From contig OZ024742.1 in assembly GCA_964016885.1 (NCBI GenBank), forward strand, positions 156,116,001 to 156,180,000: DNA of 64,000 bases, given 5' to 3'. The position numbers were made by a program, and so were the translations under genes. Position 1 is the stretch's first letter; the number at the start of each line of letters is the position of its first letter. The notes beneath the pieces were generated by a model. The model had not been told where the DNA came from and ran no database searches. It saw only the letters and a program-made list of their open reading frames with translations. The DNA comes from Eledone cirrhosa. Taxonomy: Eukaryota. Shown in pieces: positions 46,301 to 64,000 of the stretch.

Positions 46301-47435
46301 ACCTGACTAGGACGTAGTCCAAAAGATGCCATTACTTAGATGCAGGATGCATCCATGTGGTCTTGAATTTGTTCTTTTGTTGGAACATGGTGTTGGTAAC
46401 ACACAGATCCAGCTCCTCACACATCTGCAGCAGGAGCATACCATTGCTGTTACACTTTCCCACCCCATGCCTTCCGATTACATTCCATGTGTTAAAATCC
46501 CTACCCACTCTAGCATTAAAGTCACCAAGCACGATGACTTTGTCTGCCTGAGGGATATTTCTTAGAACACCTTTCAAGGCATGGTAAAAGGACAGTTTTT
46601 CTTCATCGACAGAATTCATAGTTGGAGCATACACACTCACCAGGGTAGCATATCTTCCTTTGTCCAGCAGAACTCTCATGGACATAAGACGCTCACTAAT
46701 CCCTACTGGGAATTCTTCTATTTTATTCACAAGTACAGTCTTAACAGCAAATCCTACCCCAGCCTCTCTTCTGGTTCCTTCATCTCTTCCTTTGCAGAAG
46801 AATGTATATTCTCCACAAAATTCCGTAAGATGACCATCTCCAGCTAACCTCGTCTCAGATAAAGCCACGATATCAAGATCGTAACGTCGAAGCTCTTTGC
46901 AAGAAGAGCGGTCCTTCGTTCAGGACGCTCCACGGAATCCCTGTCAAGCAGCGTCCGTACGTTCCAGCAGCCAAGACTAAATGCCTTGTTTGGCTCTATT
47001 ACAATGGCACGATGACGAGCGGGCCCAGGCTGTGATAACTTGGGGCCCCTGCCCTTATTGCCATTGATCTTTTTTGTTCGAGAACCTAAATTGCCAATTA
47101 TCTCTTTTACATTGTTCTGGAACATCATTGAATAATAATTAATAATTATTAATGCACTCGTGCAATGCCTGTGCGTGACGAATATTTTTAAAGTGAGGAA
47201 AGACTGTGCACTGAGCCAATCCCACTCTCTGAGCGACAGTAGCTATAACCCGAAAAGAAGAAAAGATCAACATCATCGGTAACTACTGAGCCGCAGGTTT
47301 TATATCGGAGTTAACCCAGTTTCCTGAGATGCCTTCTCCTAGAAGAATACCCTGACAAGGGCTAGTGGTCCTTCACTCCCAGTGGTTTAACTGCGCGATC
47401 GGGCATCCAGCCCGATTATTTCTATGTCCCCGCGC
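43170..47435 (-). mobile_element. Full-length but frameshifted RTE-clade LINE
   Basis: Collinear with 51021-55203; 3' stem-loop at ~43170-43210. Confidence 0.9.
43588..47128 (-). pseudogene. Frameshifted RTE APE-RT-C2H2 ORF
   Basis: Track ORFs 46844-47128, 46332-46868, 44969-46288 and 44449-44922/43588-44421 tile the intact 1181-aa protein, with frameshifts near 46880, 46310 and 44900-44970. Confidence 0.92.
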
Positions 47436-47654
47436 AAAAAAAGATCACTTATTGACACTTATACGTACAACATACACACACACGCATACATATGCGCGCA
47501 CACAGCAACACATACATACAAACAAACATACACATGCTACTCTACTAACTTACACACACACACACATTTATATATATATATATATATATATTACCGTCAT
47601 TACTGATACAAGATTACAAGATTATGTCAACTGTTGACTTTCAAGAGTTTGTAT

Positions 47655-47845
47655 AGTTGAAGCCGATCGTACTACAGTCCAGTATTATTATAATTGCTTT
47701 ACATCATAGAGTTATGGCTCTCCACGCTCTGAGCTCAAATCCCGCCGAGATCAACCTTGCCCTTCATCCCCACGGAGTCATCAAAAGAGAGTACTAGTGA
47801 TGCGCTGGCAGTCGCTGGATCCGTGCTAAAAGCAGAAAAATTATT
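47655..47845 (+). mobile_element. tRNA-type SINE, diverged (internally deleted counterpart at ~55440-55585)
   Basis: GAGCTCAAATCCCGCCGAG, GCCCTTCATCCCCACGGAGTC. Confidence 0.7.
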
Positions 47846-48750
47846 ATTAAAGTTGTTTTCTTAAGGCCCGGTCGCTGGTGATGGTGATGGCGGCGGCGGT
47901 GACGGTGGTGGTGGTGGTGGCAGTTGATGTTGTTGTGTGGTGTGCGTGTGTGTGTGTTTTGTTATTTTGAGTTTTTTTTTTTTTTCCTTTTCTTTTCTTT
48001 TCTTTTCCCCTCCTTTTATTATGTTTTGATGCCGCTGTTGTTGTTGTTGTAAATGTACATTTCAGTTCATTCTGAAGCTGTTGTTGCTGTAAACATTAGT
48101 GCCGGTGTTGTTGTTGTTGTAGATGTTGGGGTTGAAATCTGGTCGTTTGACTGAGTGATGTATATACACACATATACATATACACACATATATATATATA
48201 CACATTCAACAGAGAGTAGAGAGTTTGACAAGTCCATGACTTTAGTCTAGATAGGGTAATAGGGTATGGTAATGACATGTGATGGTGGGGAGAGAGTGTC
48301 GACGTTATTGTGGTGGTGGGGAGAGTGAGATGTATCTAGTTCATTTGACCGTTTTCTTCTCTTTGGAAAATTTGAATTCTAGCCATGTTATATTGAGATG
48401 TAAGTAAATGTAAAGTGTAAAATATAAATAAGGATTGCTCTGCTAAAATATACTAAAATATTTGTGTAACTTCCACAAACTTCTGTCGTGATATTCCAAA
48501 AAATTGTTGTATTTTGATGTTTCAGAATACAAAAATTAATTAAAAACTTACCCCGCGAAAAGACAGCGTGTGTTGTCCTATCTATAAGCACAGTCATACA
48601 TATACATATACATATATATATACATATATATACATATATATATACATATACATATATATATACATACATACACATATATATAGACATATACATATATATA
48701 TACATACATACACATATATATAGACATATACATATATATATACATACATA

Positions 48751-48781
<31 letters not shown>

Positions 48782-48813
48782 ACACATATATATATATATA
48801 TATACATACACAC

Positions 48814-48844
<31 letters not shown>

Positions 48845-48851
48845 CATACAT

Positions 48852-48886
<35 letters not shown>

Positions 48887-48889
48887 CAT

Positions 48890-48934
<45 letters not shown>

Positions 48935-48937
48935 CAT

Positions 48938-48974
<37 letters not shown>

Positions 48975-49019
48975 TATACATACATACACATATATATATA
49001 TATATATATATACATACAT

Positions 49020-49058
<39 letters not shown>

Positions 49059-49081
49059 CATACACATATATATATATATAT

Positions 49082-49112
<31 letters not shown>

Positions 49113-49131
49113 CATACATATATATATACAT

Positions 49132-49172
<41 letters not shown>

Positions 49173-49200
49173 CATATATATATATATATATATACATACA

Positions 49201-49242
<42 letters not shown>

Positions 49243-49265
49243 CATACATATATATATATATATAT

Positions 49266-49316
<51 letters not shown>

Positions 49317-49342
49317 CATATATATATATATATACATACATA

Positions 49343-49384
<42 letters not shown>

Positions 49385-49415
49385 CATACATATATATATA
49401 TATATATATACATAC

Positions 49416-49466
<51 letters not shown>

Positions 49467-49467
<1 letters not shown>

Positions 49468-50715
49468 GGTGGCTACCAACTCGTTTTCGAGTACGGCCAC
49501 TACTTTATAACCATGTAGGAGAATGCCTACCGATGCGCTGAACGAGTGTGACTTTTTAGTCCAGCCAGCGACTTGAAAACTCTGGTACAAATGCTACACC
49601 TGTGACAATTATTGACACATAGTGCTGGGCCCATGGTACCATGTGACGACAAGTGCAGAGAGATCTCCAGATATAAAGCAATGCCTGTGCCGTGAAGCTT
49701 TTATAGTGGGCAAAGGCACTGCACAAAGCCAGTCCCACTCTCTTAACCAAGATGATATTTACCAAAAAGAAGAACAAGTCAACATCATTGGATACCATCA
49801 GGGTTGCAGGTGTTATATCAGAGTTTTCCTTCTCCTAGAATTCTGCCTTGACAAAGGCTAAGGGGTCATCTCTCCCAGTGATTTTGGATGGCCATTGACT
49901 CTTAAGAGCTCCTTTGCCCTTTGACAGGTTTTGTTTTTAGTCCTGCAGGATGTCCAAAGTCACCTTCCTCACCAAGAAACCTTGGTGGGGTTGCCAGTTT
50001 AGTCGCCAACGACCCGACCATGGGACAGGTTGTACTGGAATACATGTTAGCAGTAGCACCAAGTGGTGACCTGACATACATATACATACATATATACATA
50101 CATATATATATATATATATGGTGGCTGCCAACTCGCTTTCGAGTACGGCCACTACTTTATATCCATGTAGGAGAACCCCTACCGATGCGCTGAACGAGTG
50201 TGACTTTTTAGTCCAGTCAGCGACTTGAAAACTCTGGTACAAACACTACACTTGTGACAATTATTGACACATAGTGCTGGGCCCATGGTACCATGTGACG
50301 GCAAGTGCAGAGAGATCTCCAGATATAAAGCAATGCCTGTGCCGTGAAGCTTTTATAGTGAGCAAAGGCACTGCACAAAGCCAGTCCCACTCTCTTAACC
50401 AAGATGATATTTACCAAAAAGAAGAACAAGTCAACATCATTGGATACCATCAGGGTTGCAGGTGTTATATCAGAGTTTTCCTTCTCCTAGAATTCTGCCT
50501 TGACAAAGGCTAAGGGGTCATCTCTCCCAGTGATTTTGGATGGCCATTGACTCTTAAGAGCTCCTTTGCCCTTTGACAGGTTTTGTTTTTAGTCCTGCAG
50601 GATGTCCAAAGTCACCCTCCTCACCAAGAAACCTTAGTGGGGTTGCCAGTTTAGTCGCCAACGACCCGACCATGAGACAGGTTGTACTGGGATACATGTT
50701 ACTGGGATACATGTT
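49467..50715 (-). mobile_element. Tandem dimer (~652-bp period) of a bipartite non-autonomous RTE-derived element
   Basis: Middle is homologous to the RTE 5' UTR (47160-47385); 3' part encodes [22 protein letters not shown] and ends in the CTCG-nnnn-CGAG..GCAGCCA terminus like the RTE 3' end. Confidence 0.82.
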
Positions 50716-50739
50716 ATATATATATACATACATACATAC

Positions 50740-50772
<33 letters not shown>

Positions 50773-50803
50773 CATACATACATATATACATACATATATA
50801 TAC

Positions 50804-50840
<37 letters not shown>

Positions 50841-50905
50841 CATATATATACATACATATATATATACATATATATACATACATATATATATATACATATA
50901 TATAC

Positions 50906-50952
<47 letters not shown>

Positions 50953-51020
50953 CATATATATATATATATACATATATATACATATATATATACATATATA
51001 TAAATATATATACATACTTA

Positions 51021-51062
51021 TATGATGGCTGCCCCCTCGTTATCGAGTATGGCCATTGCACA

Positions 51063-51130
<68 letters not shown>

Positions 51131-51206
51131 GCAATAATAATAATAACGACAACAACAATAATATACATATTCATATATATATACACACACACGCACGCAC
51201 ATAAGC

Positions 51207-51246
<40 letters not shown>

Positions 51247-54200
51247 GATAGCAACTAACAGTGCTGCGATCGAATGTGGCTTTTTAGCCCAGCCAATGAT
51301 CCAAAATGTCTTGCACAGAGTCGGCAACCAAAACATTTACTGGGAATAGTCGGCTGTGGTTGGAGTTCGTGTACTTTTGCATGTCGCTTGAGTCCTCCTG
51401 CTGATTTACATTCTCTACCACATGTTTGGCAAGCATGATGAGTAGCATCTCCAACAGCAGCCTGGTAGTCAACCACTGGTCTTACTTTATGACTGCGAAG
51501 ATGACTTTCGAGTCCAGCTTTGCTTAGGCAGAGTCTCGCACAGACGCTGCATGTCAGAAACATAGGAGGACCCTCGCCGTCTGGAAGTGCAACAGCAATA
51601 CCCTTCCTCACGTCCCGCTTTACTTTCTCGTGTGCGATTCGAGATGCCTCAAAGGCAACTTTTCCCTCATATACAGTCTTTCTCCATTTATTACGATCAG
51701 CAGCAATATTTTCCCATGTATCAGCAGAGATGTTAGCGTCTTTCAGAGAGGCCTTCAAGGAATCCTTATACCTCTTTTTTGGTTTATGTGGCGGTCGTTT
51801 TCCTTTAACCAACTCTCCATAGAAGAGTTGTTTTGGTATTCTAGAATCCTTCATCCTGGCAAGGTGACCACTCCAACGGAGTCGCTGCTTAAGCACAAGA
51901 GCTTCTATACTGTCACACATAGAGCTTTCCAAAATCTCGACATCACTGATGTGGTCCCTCCAGCGAACGCCATGTATCCGTCTGAGACACATCTGATGGA
52001 AACGCTCCAATTGCTTAAGGTGGCGTCGATATGTGACCCAGGTCTCGCAGGCATAAAGAAGACAAGAGAGTACACATGCCCTGTACACCTTTACCTTTGT
52101 CCTCCTGCATATGTCTCGCCGACCCCAGAGTCGCCTTTCTAGCTTTCCGAAAGCATCACTTGCTTTCCTAATCCTAAGTGAGATTTCACTGTCAAGGTTG
52201 CCGTATCGATTGACAGTGCTTCCCAGGTAGACAAACTGATCAACCACTCCAAGTCGTTTGCCATACACATAGATGTTTGGTTCAGTGTACTGCCTACCAG
52301 GTGCAGGTTGGTACATGACGACGGTTTTCTTGAGACTGACAGTCAAACCCAGGGCAGTGCAAGCGTCAGAAAATACATTCAAAATGTGCTGCATATCACT
52401 CTCTGTGTGCGCTACAAGATCGCAATCATCTGCATACAAGAGGTCTCTTATGACTGATGTAAATACTTTTGTCTTCGCAGCAAAGCGCCTGATGTTAAAT
52501 ATGCTGCCTGAGGTTCGATATCGGATGTAAACACCATGCTCGCAATTCCTGAATGCAACACAGAAAACCATTGCAAAGTATATGGCAAACAGGGTCGGTG
52601 CTGGAATATCCCCCTGTTTCACTCCATTTTTTACTGAGATAGGCTCCGACATGTTACCTCCGACATTAACCCAAGCCTTCATGTCGTCATGGAAAGACCT
52701 AACTAAAGCAAGGAACTTATCAGGGCAACCAAGTTTCTGGAGAACCTTCCATAATGCATCTCTGTTGACAGTATCGAAAGCCTTTGTCAGATCGACAAAA
52801 ACCTGATACAGATCCAAGCCCTGTTCAATGCACTTCTCCTGGAGCTGTCTAGCTGAGAAGATCATATCAGTAGTGCCGCGTCCAACACGAAAACCAGATT
52901 GACTTTCAGGAAGGACACAATCTGCAATGTGTGTCAGCAGACGGTCCAGAAGCACCCTACATAAAACTTTCCCCACGACAGAAAGCAATGATATACCTCT
53001 GTAGTTCCCACAATCATTCCTGTTACCCTTTCCCTTGTACAAGACCACCATTACTGCATCTCTCCAGTCCTCAGGCACGGATTCATTAGCCCATATCCTT
53101 CCAAACAGAGAGTGAAGATGTTGCAGGAGTCTCTCACCACCATATTGTAGGAGCTCAGCATGTATGCCATCCATACCTGGAGATCTTCCACTGTTCAGCT
53201 TCGAAATAGCCACTGCAACCTCCACAAGTGTCGGAGGCTCTGCGAGAGCTACTTTCACAGGACTTTCCGGAATGAGATTGAGGAAATCTTCACTGACGAC
53301 AGACGGCTGATTCAAAAGATCATCAAAGTGCTCCCGCCACCTTCGTAGAATTCCCTGTGAGTCACGAAGAAGTTCTTTGCCATCCTTGCTGCGAATCGGT
53401 GTCACCAGAGAAGAAGACGGTCCATAAACCTCACGCAAGAGACTGTACAACAGCTTTGTGTTATTGCAATCAGACGCAGTTTGTATCTCACCAGCCTTCT
53501 CACTCCACCACTGATCCTTCATCTGAGAAAGACTCCGCCTAACACGTGATTTTACATCCCTGAGCTCCTCATGCAACGTATTCCTCTCCTGTGGTCTTGC
53601 CGTCAAGTAGCGTGACAGAGCGCGCCTCTTATCAGCCAACAAGTCATCTATATGCACATCTTTCTCATTAAACCAGTCCTGATGTTTTCTCTGCACCAAT
53701 CCCAGAACACGTCTGCCTACATCATAAACCGACTTTTTAAGGGTCGGCCAATCCTCACCAAGATCTGCAGCCTGCATCTCTTCTTCCAATGTCCTCTTCA
53801 CATTTTTATCCTTAAGACGAGCAGCATTCAATCTTTTGGGCAGGGTAACACCAGGAGCCCGGATTTTACGTTTGGTGATTAGATTCACTTTTGCGCGTAC
53901 CAGGCGGTGGTCCGTCCAGCACTCAGCTCCACGAAGAACACGAACACACCGCACATCCTGTCTGTCACGCATCCTGACTAGGACGTAGTCCAAAAGATGC
54001 CATTCCTTAGATGCAGGATGCATCCATGTGGTCTTGAATTTGTTCTTTTGTTGGAACATGGTGTTGGTAACACACAGATCCAGCTCCTCACACATCTGCA
54101 GCAAGAGCATACCATTGCTGTTACACTTTCCCACCCCATGCCTTCCGATTACATTCCATGTGTTAAAATCCCTACCCACTCTAGCATTAAAGTCACCAAG

Positions 54201-54808
54201 CACGATGACTTTGTCTGCCTGAGGGATATTTCTTAAAACACCTTTCAAGGCATGGTAAAAGGACAGTTTTTCTTCATCGACAGAATTCATAGTTGGAGCA
54301 TACACACTCACCAGGGTAGCATATCTTCCCTTGTCCAGCGGAACTCTCATGGACATAAGACGCTCACTAATCCCCACTGGGAATTCTTCCAATTTATTCA
54401 CCAGTACAGTCTTAACAGCAAATCCTACCCCAGCCTCTCTTCTGGTTCCTTCATCTCTTCCTTTCCAGAAGAATGTATATTCTCCACAAAATTCCGTAAG
54501 ATGACCATCTCCAGCTAACCTCGTCTCAGACAAAGCCACGATGTCAAGATCGTAACGTCGAAGCTCCTTCGCAACAAGAGCGGTCCTTCGTTCAGGACGC
54601 TCCAAAGAATCCCTGTCAAGCAGCGTCCGTACGTTCCAGCAGCCAAGACTAAATGCCCTGTTTGGCTCTATTACAATGGCACGATGACGGGCGGGCCCAG
54701 GTTGTGATAACTTGGGGCCCCTGCCCTTATTGCCAATGATCTTTTTTGTTCCAGAACCCAAATTGGCAATTATCTCGTTTACATTGTTCTGGAACATCAT
54801 TGAATTGG

Positions 54809-54842
<34 letters not shown>

Positions 54843-55203
54843 AGAAAAAAAAAAAAAAAAAAGTAATAATAATAGTAATAATAATAATAATAATAATACT
54901 ACACTATTAATAATTATTAATGCACTCGTGCAATGCCTGTGCGTGACGAATATTTTTAAAGTGAGGAAAGACTGTGCACTGAACCAATCCCACTCTCTGA
55001 GCGACAGTAGCTATAACCCGAAAAGAAGAAAAGATCAACATCATCGGTAACTACTGAGCCGCAGGTTTTATATCGGAGTTAACCCAGTTTCCTGAGATGC
55101 CTTCTCCTAGAAGAATACCCTGACATGGGCTAGGGGTTCTTCACTCCCAGTGGTTTAACTGCGCGATCGGGCATCCAGCCCGATTATTTCTATGTCCCCG
55201 CGC
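51021..55203 (-). mobile_element. Full-length RTE-clade LINE with intact ORF
   Basis: 5' UTR, single ORF, microsatellite-containing 3' UTR, terminal stem-loop. Confidence 0.93.
51255..54800 (-). CDS. RTE ORF: apurinic-like endonuclease, reverse transcriptase and three C2H2 zinc fingers (1181 aa)
   Basis: WNVRTL, ALSETR, SVYAPT, GDFNAR, LDYV, TDHRLV; [32 protein letters not shown]; three CxxC-x12-H motifs. Confidence 0.95.
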   Translation of the reverse strand: MMFQNNVNEIIANLGSGTKKIIGNKGRGPKLSQPGPARHRAIVIEPNRAFSLGCWNVRTLLDRDSLERPERRTALVAKELRRYDLDIVALSETRLAGDGHLTEFCGEYTFFWKGRDEGTRREAGVGFAVKTVLVNKLEEFPVGISERLMSMRVPLDKGRYATLVSVYAPTMNSVDEEKLSFYHALKGVLRNIPQADKVIVLGDFNARVGRDFNTWNVIGRHGVGKCNSNGMLLLQMCEELDLCVTNTMFQQKNKFKTTWMHPASKEWHLLDYVLVRMRDRQDVRCVRVLRGAECWTDHRLVRAKVNLITKRKIRAPGVTLPKRLNAARLKDKNVKRTLEEEMQAADLGEDWPTLKKSVYDVGRRVLGLVQRKHQDWFNEKDVHIDDLLADKRRALSRYLTARPQERNTLHEELRDVKSRVRRSLSQMKDQWWSEKAGEIQTASDCNNTKLLYSLLREVYGPSSSLVTPIRSKDGKELLRDSQGILRRWREHFDDLLNQPSVVSEDFLNLIPESPVKVALAEPPTLVEVAVAISKLNSGRSPGMDGIHAELLQYGGERLLQHLHSLFGRIWANESVPEDWRDAVMVVLYKGKGNRNDCGNYRGISLLSVVGKVLCRVLLDRLLTHIADCVLPESQSGFRVGRGTTDMIFSARQLQEKCIEQGLDLYQVFVDLTKAFDTVNRDALWKVLQKLGCPDKFLALVRSFHDDMKAWVNVGGNMSEPISVKNGVKQGDIPAPTLFAIYFAMVFCVAFRNCEHGVYIRYRTSGSIFNIRRFAAKTKVFTSVIRDLLYADDCDLVAHTESDMQHILNVFSDACTALGLTVSLKKTVVMYQPAPGRQYTEPNIYVYGKRLGVVDQFVYLGSTVNRYGNLDSEISLRIRKASDAFGKLERRLWGRRDICRRTKVKVYRACVLSCLLYACETWVTYRRHLKQLERFHQMCLRRIHGVRWRDHISDVEILESSMCDSIEALVLKQRLRWSGHLARMKDSRIPKQLFYGELVKGKRPPHKPKKRYKDSLKASLKDANISADTWENIAADRNKWRKTVYEGKVAFEASRIAHEKVKRDVRKGIAVALPDGEGPPMFLTCSVCARLCLSKAGLESHLRSHKVRPVVDYQAAVGDATHHACQTCGRECKSAGGLKRHAKVHELQPQPTIPSKCFGCRLCARHFGSLAGLKSHIRSQHC

Positions 55204-55863
55204 AAAAAAAAAAAAAAAAAAAAAAAAAATTACTTATTGACACTTATACGTACGACATACACACACACGCATACATATGCGTGCACACAGCAACACTCAC
55301 ACACACAACAAACACACACACACGCTACTCTACTCACTTACACGCACACACACACATATATATATATATATATTACCGTCATTACTGATACAAGATTACC
55401 AGATTATGTCAACTGTTGACTTTCAAGAGTTTGTATAGTTGAAGCCGATCGTATTACAGTCCAGTATTACTATAATTGCTTTACAGCATAGAGTTATGGC
55501 TCTCCACGGAGTCAACAAAAGAGAGTACCAGTGATGCGCTGGCCAGTCGCTGGATCCGTGCCAAAAGCAGAAAAAATTATTATTAAAGTTGTTCTTAAGG
55601 CCAGGTCGCTGGTGATGGTGATGGCGACGGCGGTGGCGGTGGTGGTGGTGGTGGCAGTTGATGTTGTTGTTCTGTTGTGTGTGTGTGTGTGTGTTTTGTT
55701 ATTTTGAGTTTTTTTTTTTTTTTTTTTTTTTTTTTCCTTATTTATATATACATATATATACATACATATATATAATGAAACATTTGAACAGGGACAGAAC
55801 AGAGAGGCAGTACAATAAATGTTTATTAAATTCACGCTCAGGAGAGTGGGGGGTAGGTGGGGG

Positions 55864-55895
55864 ACGACGTTTCGGGCATAAGCCCTTCCTCAGGT
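55864..55895 (-). ncRNA. Very minimal hammerhead family H
   Basis: AC-CTGAGGA-aGGGC ttat GCCC-GAAA-CG-TC-GT; stem I only 2 bp. Confidence 0.65.
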
Positions 55896-56207
55896 GAGAA
55901 GTGTGTGGGAACAGAGTTCAAAAGGTGTGTAGGGGAGTGGTGGAGAGACATATAGCGAAAGGAAACGGTGCGAATGAAGAATTAACAAATAAAGACAAAA
56001 AATATAAAAAATAAAAATAAAGCATGATCAAAATACAAGGAATGAGAATATTTAAAAATAAAGGCATGATCAAACTAAACTGAAATTAAAAGGGGGGAAA
56101 AAAGGTGGTGGAAGGGTGTGGGCTGAGTAGGGGTGGTGGCGGGTGGAGTGGGGAGAGGGAGACGGGGTGTCCAAGCGGGGAGGGCTGGAGGTGTTGTGTG
56201 TGTGTAG

Positions 56208-56262
<55 letters not shown>

Positions 56263-57296
56263 AAAGTGAGGGTTGGGGGAAGAACGGGGTTGCATGTTCA
56301 GGAAGAGGTGTGTGTGGGGGTGTTTATGTGGGTCGGAGTGTCTGTGCGTGTGTGTATAGGGGGCGGGAGGAGAGGAATCAGGAGGCTGAGGGTGTAAATA
56401 TGTGGTGGGAAGCACGTGTGTGTGGGGTTTAAGCGTGATGTGGGTGTGGGTGGCGTGTGGAGAAAAAAATTGTTTTGGGGTGTGTGTGTGGGTGAGTTAT
56501 ATAGGTGATGATGTAAGAGGATGGTTGAAAAGTTGGTAAGTTCCAAGGATGTTTGGAGATTTGGTTATAAGTCAATTTCTGCGTGTGGGTAATCCATGAA
56601 GCGGTGGTCGGAAGAGGAGAGATGTGGGGTGCTCGCGCAACAGGAAGTGATCAGTAGTGGGAGTGCTGTGGTCAGTTGGTGCTGGGAGGTGCTCAGGAGG
56701 GCATAGCAGCAGTCGGTGGAATGGTAGGGAGGCGAGGATGGGTAGGTGTGAGAGTTGGAGTGAGGAGGGTGTGTGTGTGTGTGTGTGTATTAGTAGGGGC
56801 GTTAGTGGGATGAGTGAGTGTGGAGCGGGGGTGTGGTTGGAGCGGGGAGAGAAGGGTGTGTGTGGTTCTATGGAGGGAGTGTGGTGTACTGGTGCGTGTG
56901 TAGTTTGGTGAAGAGGTGTTAGTGGGTGTTAGTTTACGGGAGGTGGGGAGGGGTGGAATGCAGGTGTGAGTAGGGGTTAGTGGTGGTAGGGTGTGAAGAG
57001 TTGGTGGTGTACGAGGGTGTGTGGGTACGCGTGCGTGGGGTTGGGGGGTGTTAGTGATGTTAGTTACGTGTGGGGTGGGTGGTGTGAGTGGGTGCGTGTG
57101 TGCGTGTGATAAGGGTGGGGGGAGGTGGAGAAGAGGGGAGGGAAGGGATGTTAGTATGTTAGTTGGGGAAGGGTGGTCAGATGAGGGGTGGAGTGGAGGT
57201 GTTAGTATTGTTAGTGTGGGGTGGGCGGTGAAAAGGAGGGGTGTGTTAGTGGTGTTAGTGGGGGATAAGTGTGGGAGGGAGGAGGGCGGTCGAACG

Positions 57297-57528
57297 CTAA
57301 AGGAATAAGGGTGGGGAGTTCAGGCTGGGGGGAGTGTGGGTCTGTAAGATGAAGATAGTTCGTTGTTCGACCGTAAAGCGATGGGCGGGTGTTCCGTGGC
57401 ACTGGAGTAGGCCACAGACTGTGAGATGGCGTGGGGAGTGTCCAGGGCCACCAAAGTGGCGGGCGATGGGGAAACTGCCCCCGAGACGAATATCCCGGAG
57501 GTGTTCCGTGACTCGGTCCGCCAGAGTT
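57297..57528 (-). pseudogene. Neptune-type GIY-YIG C-terminus (not in the ORF track)
   Basis: TLADRVTEHLRDIR..PIARHF..GHS..LTVCGLLQC..RFTVEQRTIFILQTHTPPSLN. Confidence 0.8.
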
Positions 57529-57533
57529 CCATG

Positions 57534-57604
57534 TATTTTATTATGCGCATTTCAAAAACAAATATCATCATGTAATAACATTTGTGTTTTCATCAGATAA
57601 AATA
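57534..57604 (-). ncRNA. Hammerhead family I
   Basis: Reverse complement of 57739-57809. Confidence 0.85.
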
Positions 57605-57738
57605 GGAAGATATGATATGAAGTTTAAAAAACACTTGTGGATAGTGCAGTTTTAAATAAACAGAGAGTGCAGTTTTAAATCAAGATATTAAAAATGCAGT
57701 ATCCACAAGTGTTTTTTAGCCTTCATATCATATCTTCC

Positions 57739-57809
57739 TATTTTATCTGATGAAAACACAAATGTTATTACATGATTATATTTGTTTTTGAAATGCGCAT
57801 AATAAAATA
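57739..57809 (+). ncRNA. Hammerhead family I
   Basis: TATTTTAT-CTGATGA-AAAcACAAAT..ATTTGTTTTt-GAAA-TGCGCA-TA-ATAAAATA; 8-bp stem I, palindromic stem III. Confidence 0.87.
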
Positions 57810-57935
57810 CATGGAACTCTTTTAACCATCTTTGGATCTTATATATTATGTATACTCCAGTCCCACAAACTGTAGAGTGCTTCTTATCCGATATCTGCAT
57901 TGCTTTATTGTACTACAATAACACTTACCTCCTCC

Positions 57936-63235
<5,300 letters not shown>

Positions 63236-63945
63236 AGCAGCAAAGTTGACATGGCCCGCAGAATGTGTTCCTGGATCCTCAGAACCTTCCAGTCGAGAGA
63301 TTCCCGCACCATTATCCTTCTCTTCTCTACTTTCGCCCGACCACACCTTGAATACTGTTGTCCACTGTGGTCTCCCCACACGAAACAAAGTATCATGAAA
63401 CTTGAAGCTCCTCAAAGGGCAATCACGAAAAAGATAGATGGCATGTCAGACCTTGACTACTGGGGTCGATTGGAAAACCTGAAACTTTACTCACTCCAAC
63501 GTCGCCGTGAGCGTTATATTATCTGCATGATGTGGAAAATGTTCCATCATCACTGCCCAAATGATGTTGGCATCGCCTTCAAGATACACCCAAGGCTTGG
63601 GCCCCGTGCTATCCGTCCCATTCAAAAATCTAAATCGCAACTCATAACAACAATACGGCACAATTATTTCACCTCAATCGGCCCTGCTCTCTTCAACATC
63701 ACACCAGGACACGTCAAAACAGAAACTGACCACACAAAATTCAAGAAGTCTTTGGACAAATTCCTCCAAGTAATCCCGGACAAACCACCCACACCCGGAT
63801 ATGTCTCCGCAAACAGTAATTCTGTTCTCGAATGGGCCATGGTGCCCAAATTCTGAATTGAAAGACTTCGCCAGGTGGTGCTATTAAGTTAGACATGGCC
63901 TGGGCCAATACTGGCCAAAACATTTCAAAGTTATTCAAAGTTATA
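63236..63945 (+). mobile_element. 3' fragment of a second CR1-group LINE (ORF remnant 63251-63856)
   Basis: [40 protein letters not shown]; tail TTCAAAGTTA twice. Confidence 0.85.
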
Positions 63946-64000
63946 TATACATACATATATATATATATATATACATACATATATATATATATATATACAT

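Larger units (their letters stand above)
55775..57528 (-). mobile_element. 5'-truncated Neptune-like PLE: GIY-YIG end, long C/A-rich 3' region and pLTR
   Basis: Peptide at 57297-57528 and hammerhead at 55864-55895 lie on the same strand. Confidence 0.72.
57524..57935. mobile_element. Fold-back family I (~130-bp arms, right arm extended)
   Basis: 57524-57655 mirrors 57688-57820. Confidence 0.82.

Noticed and set aside
47325-47365. CTAGGAGAAGG block as hairpin-ribozyme loop A
   Set aside because: No N-GUC substrate strand or loop B consensus in any copy

Overview
Gene-free, repeat-saturated eukaryotic (animal) DNA. The (TA)n-rich landscape and the SINE/RTE repertoire suggest a cephalopod such as octopus, but this is inference. 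No host protein-coding gene is recognisable, and nearly all long ORFs in the track are artefacts of (TA)n/(TACA)n microsatellite. The real content is retroelements nested in TA tracts: five Penelope-like (PLE) coding remnants of apparently four types, two CR1-group LINE 3' fragments, an RLE-type LINE fragment, one intact 1181-aa RTE LINE plus a decayed duplicate, a bipartite non-autonomous RTE dimer, tRNA-type SINEs and a probable hAT fossil. The most striking signal is invisible in the ORF track. By eye I located 29 type I minimal hammerhead ribozyme motifs (stem I-CUGANGA-stem II-GAAA-short, often palindromic stem III-UH-stem I) in about 10 sequence families. They sit in ~0.52-0.56 kb non-coding tandem arrays (retrozyme-like) and in fold-back pLTR palindromes. 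All structures were folded by hand, and clade names come from remembered motifs, so both need computational confirmation.
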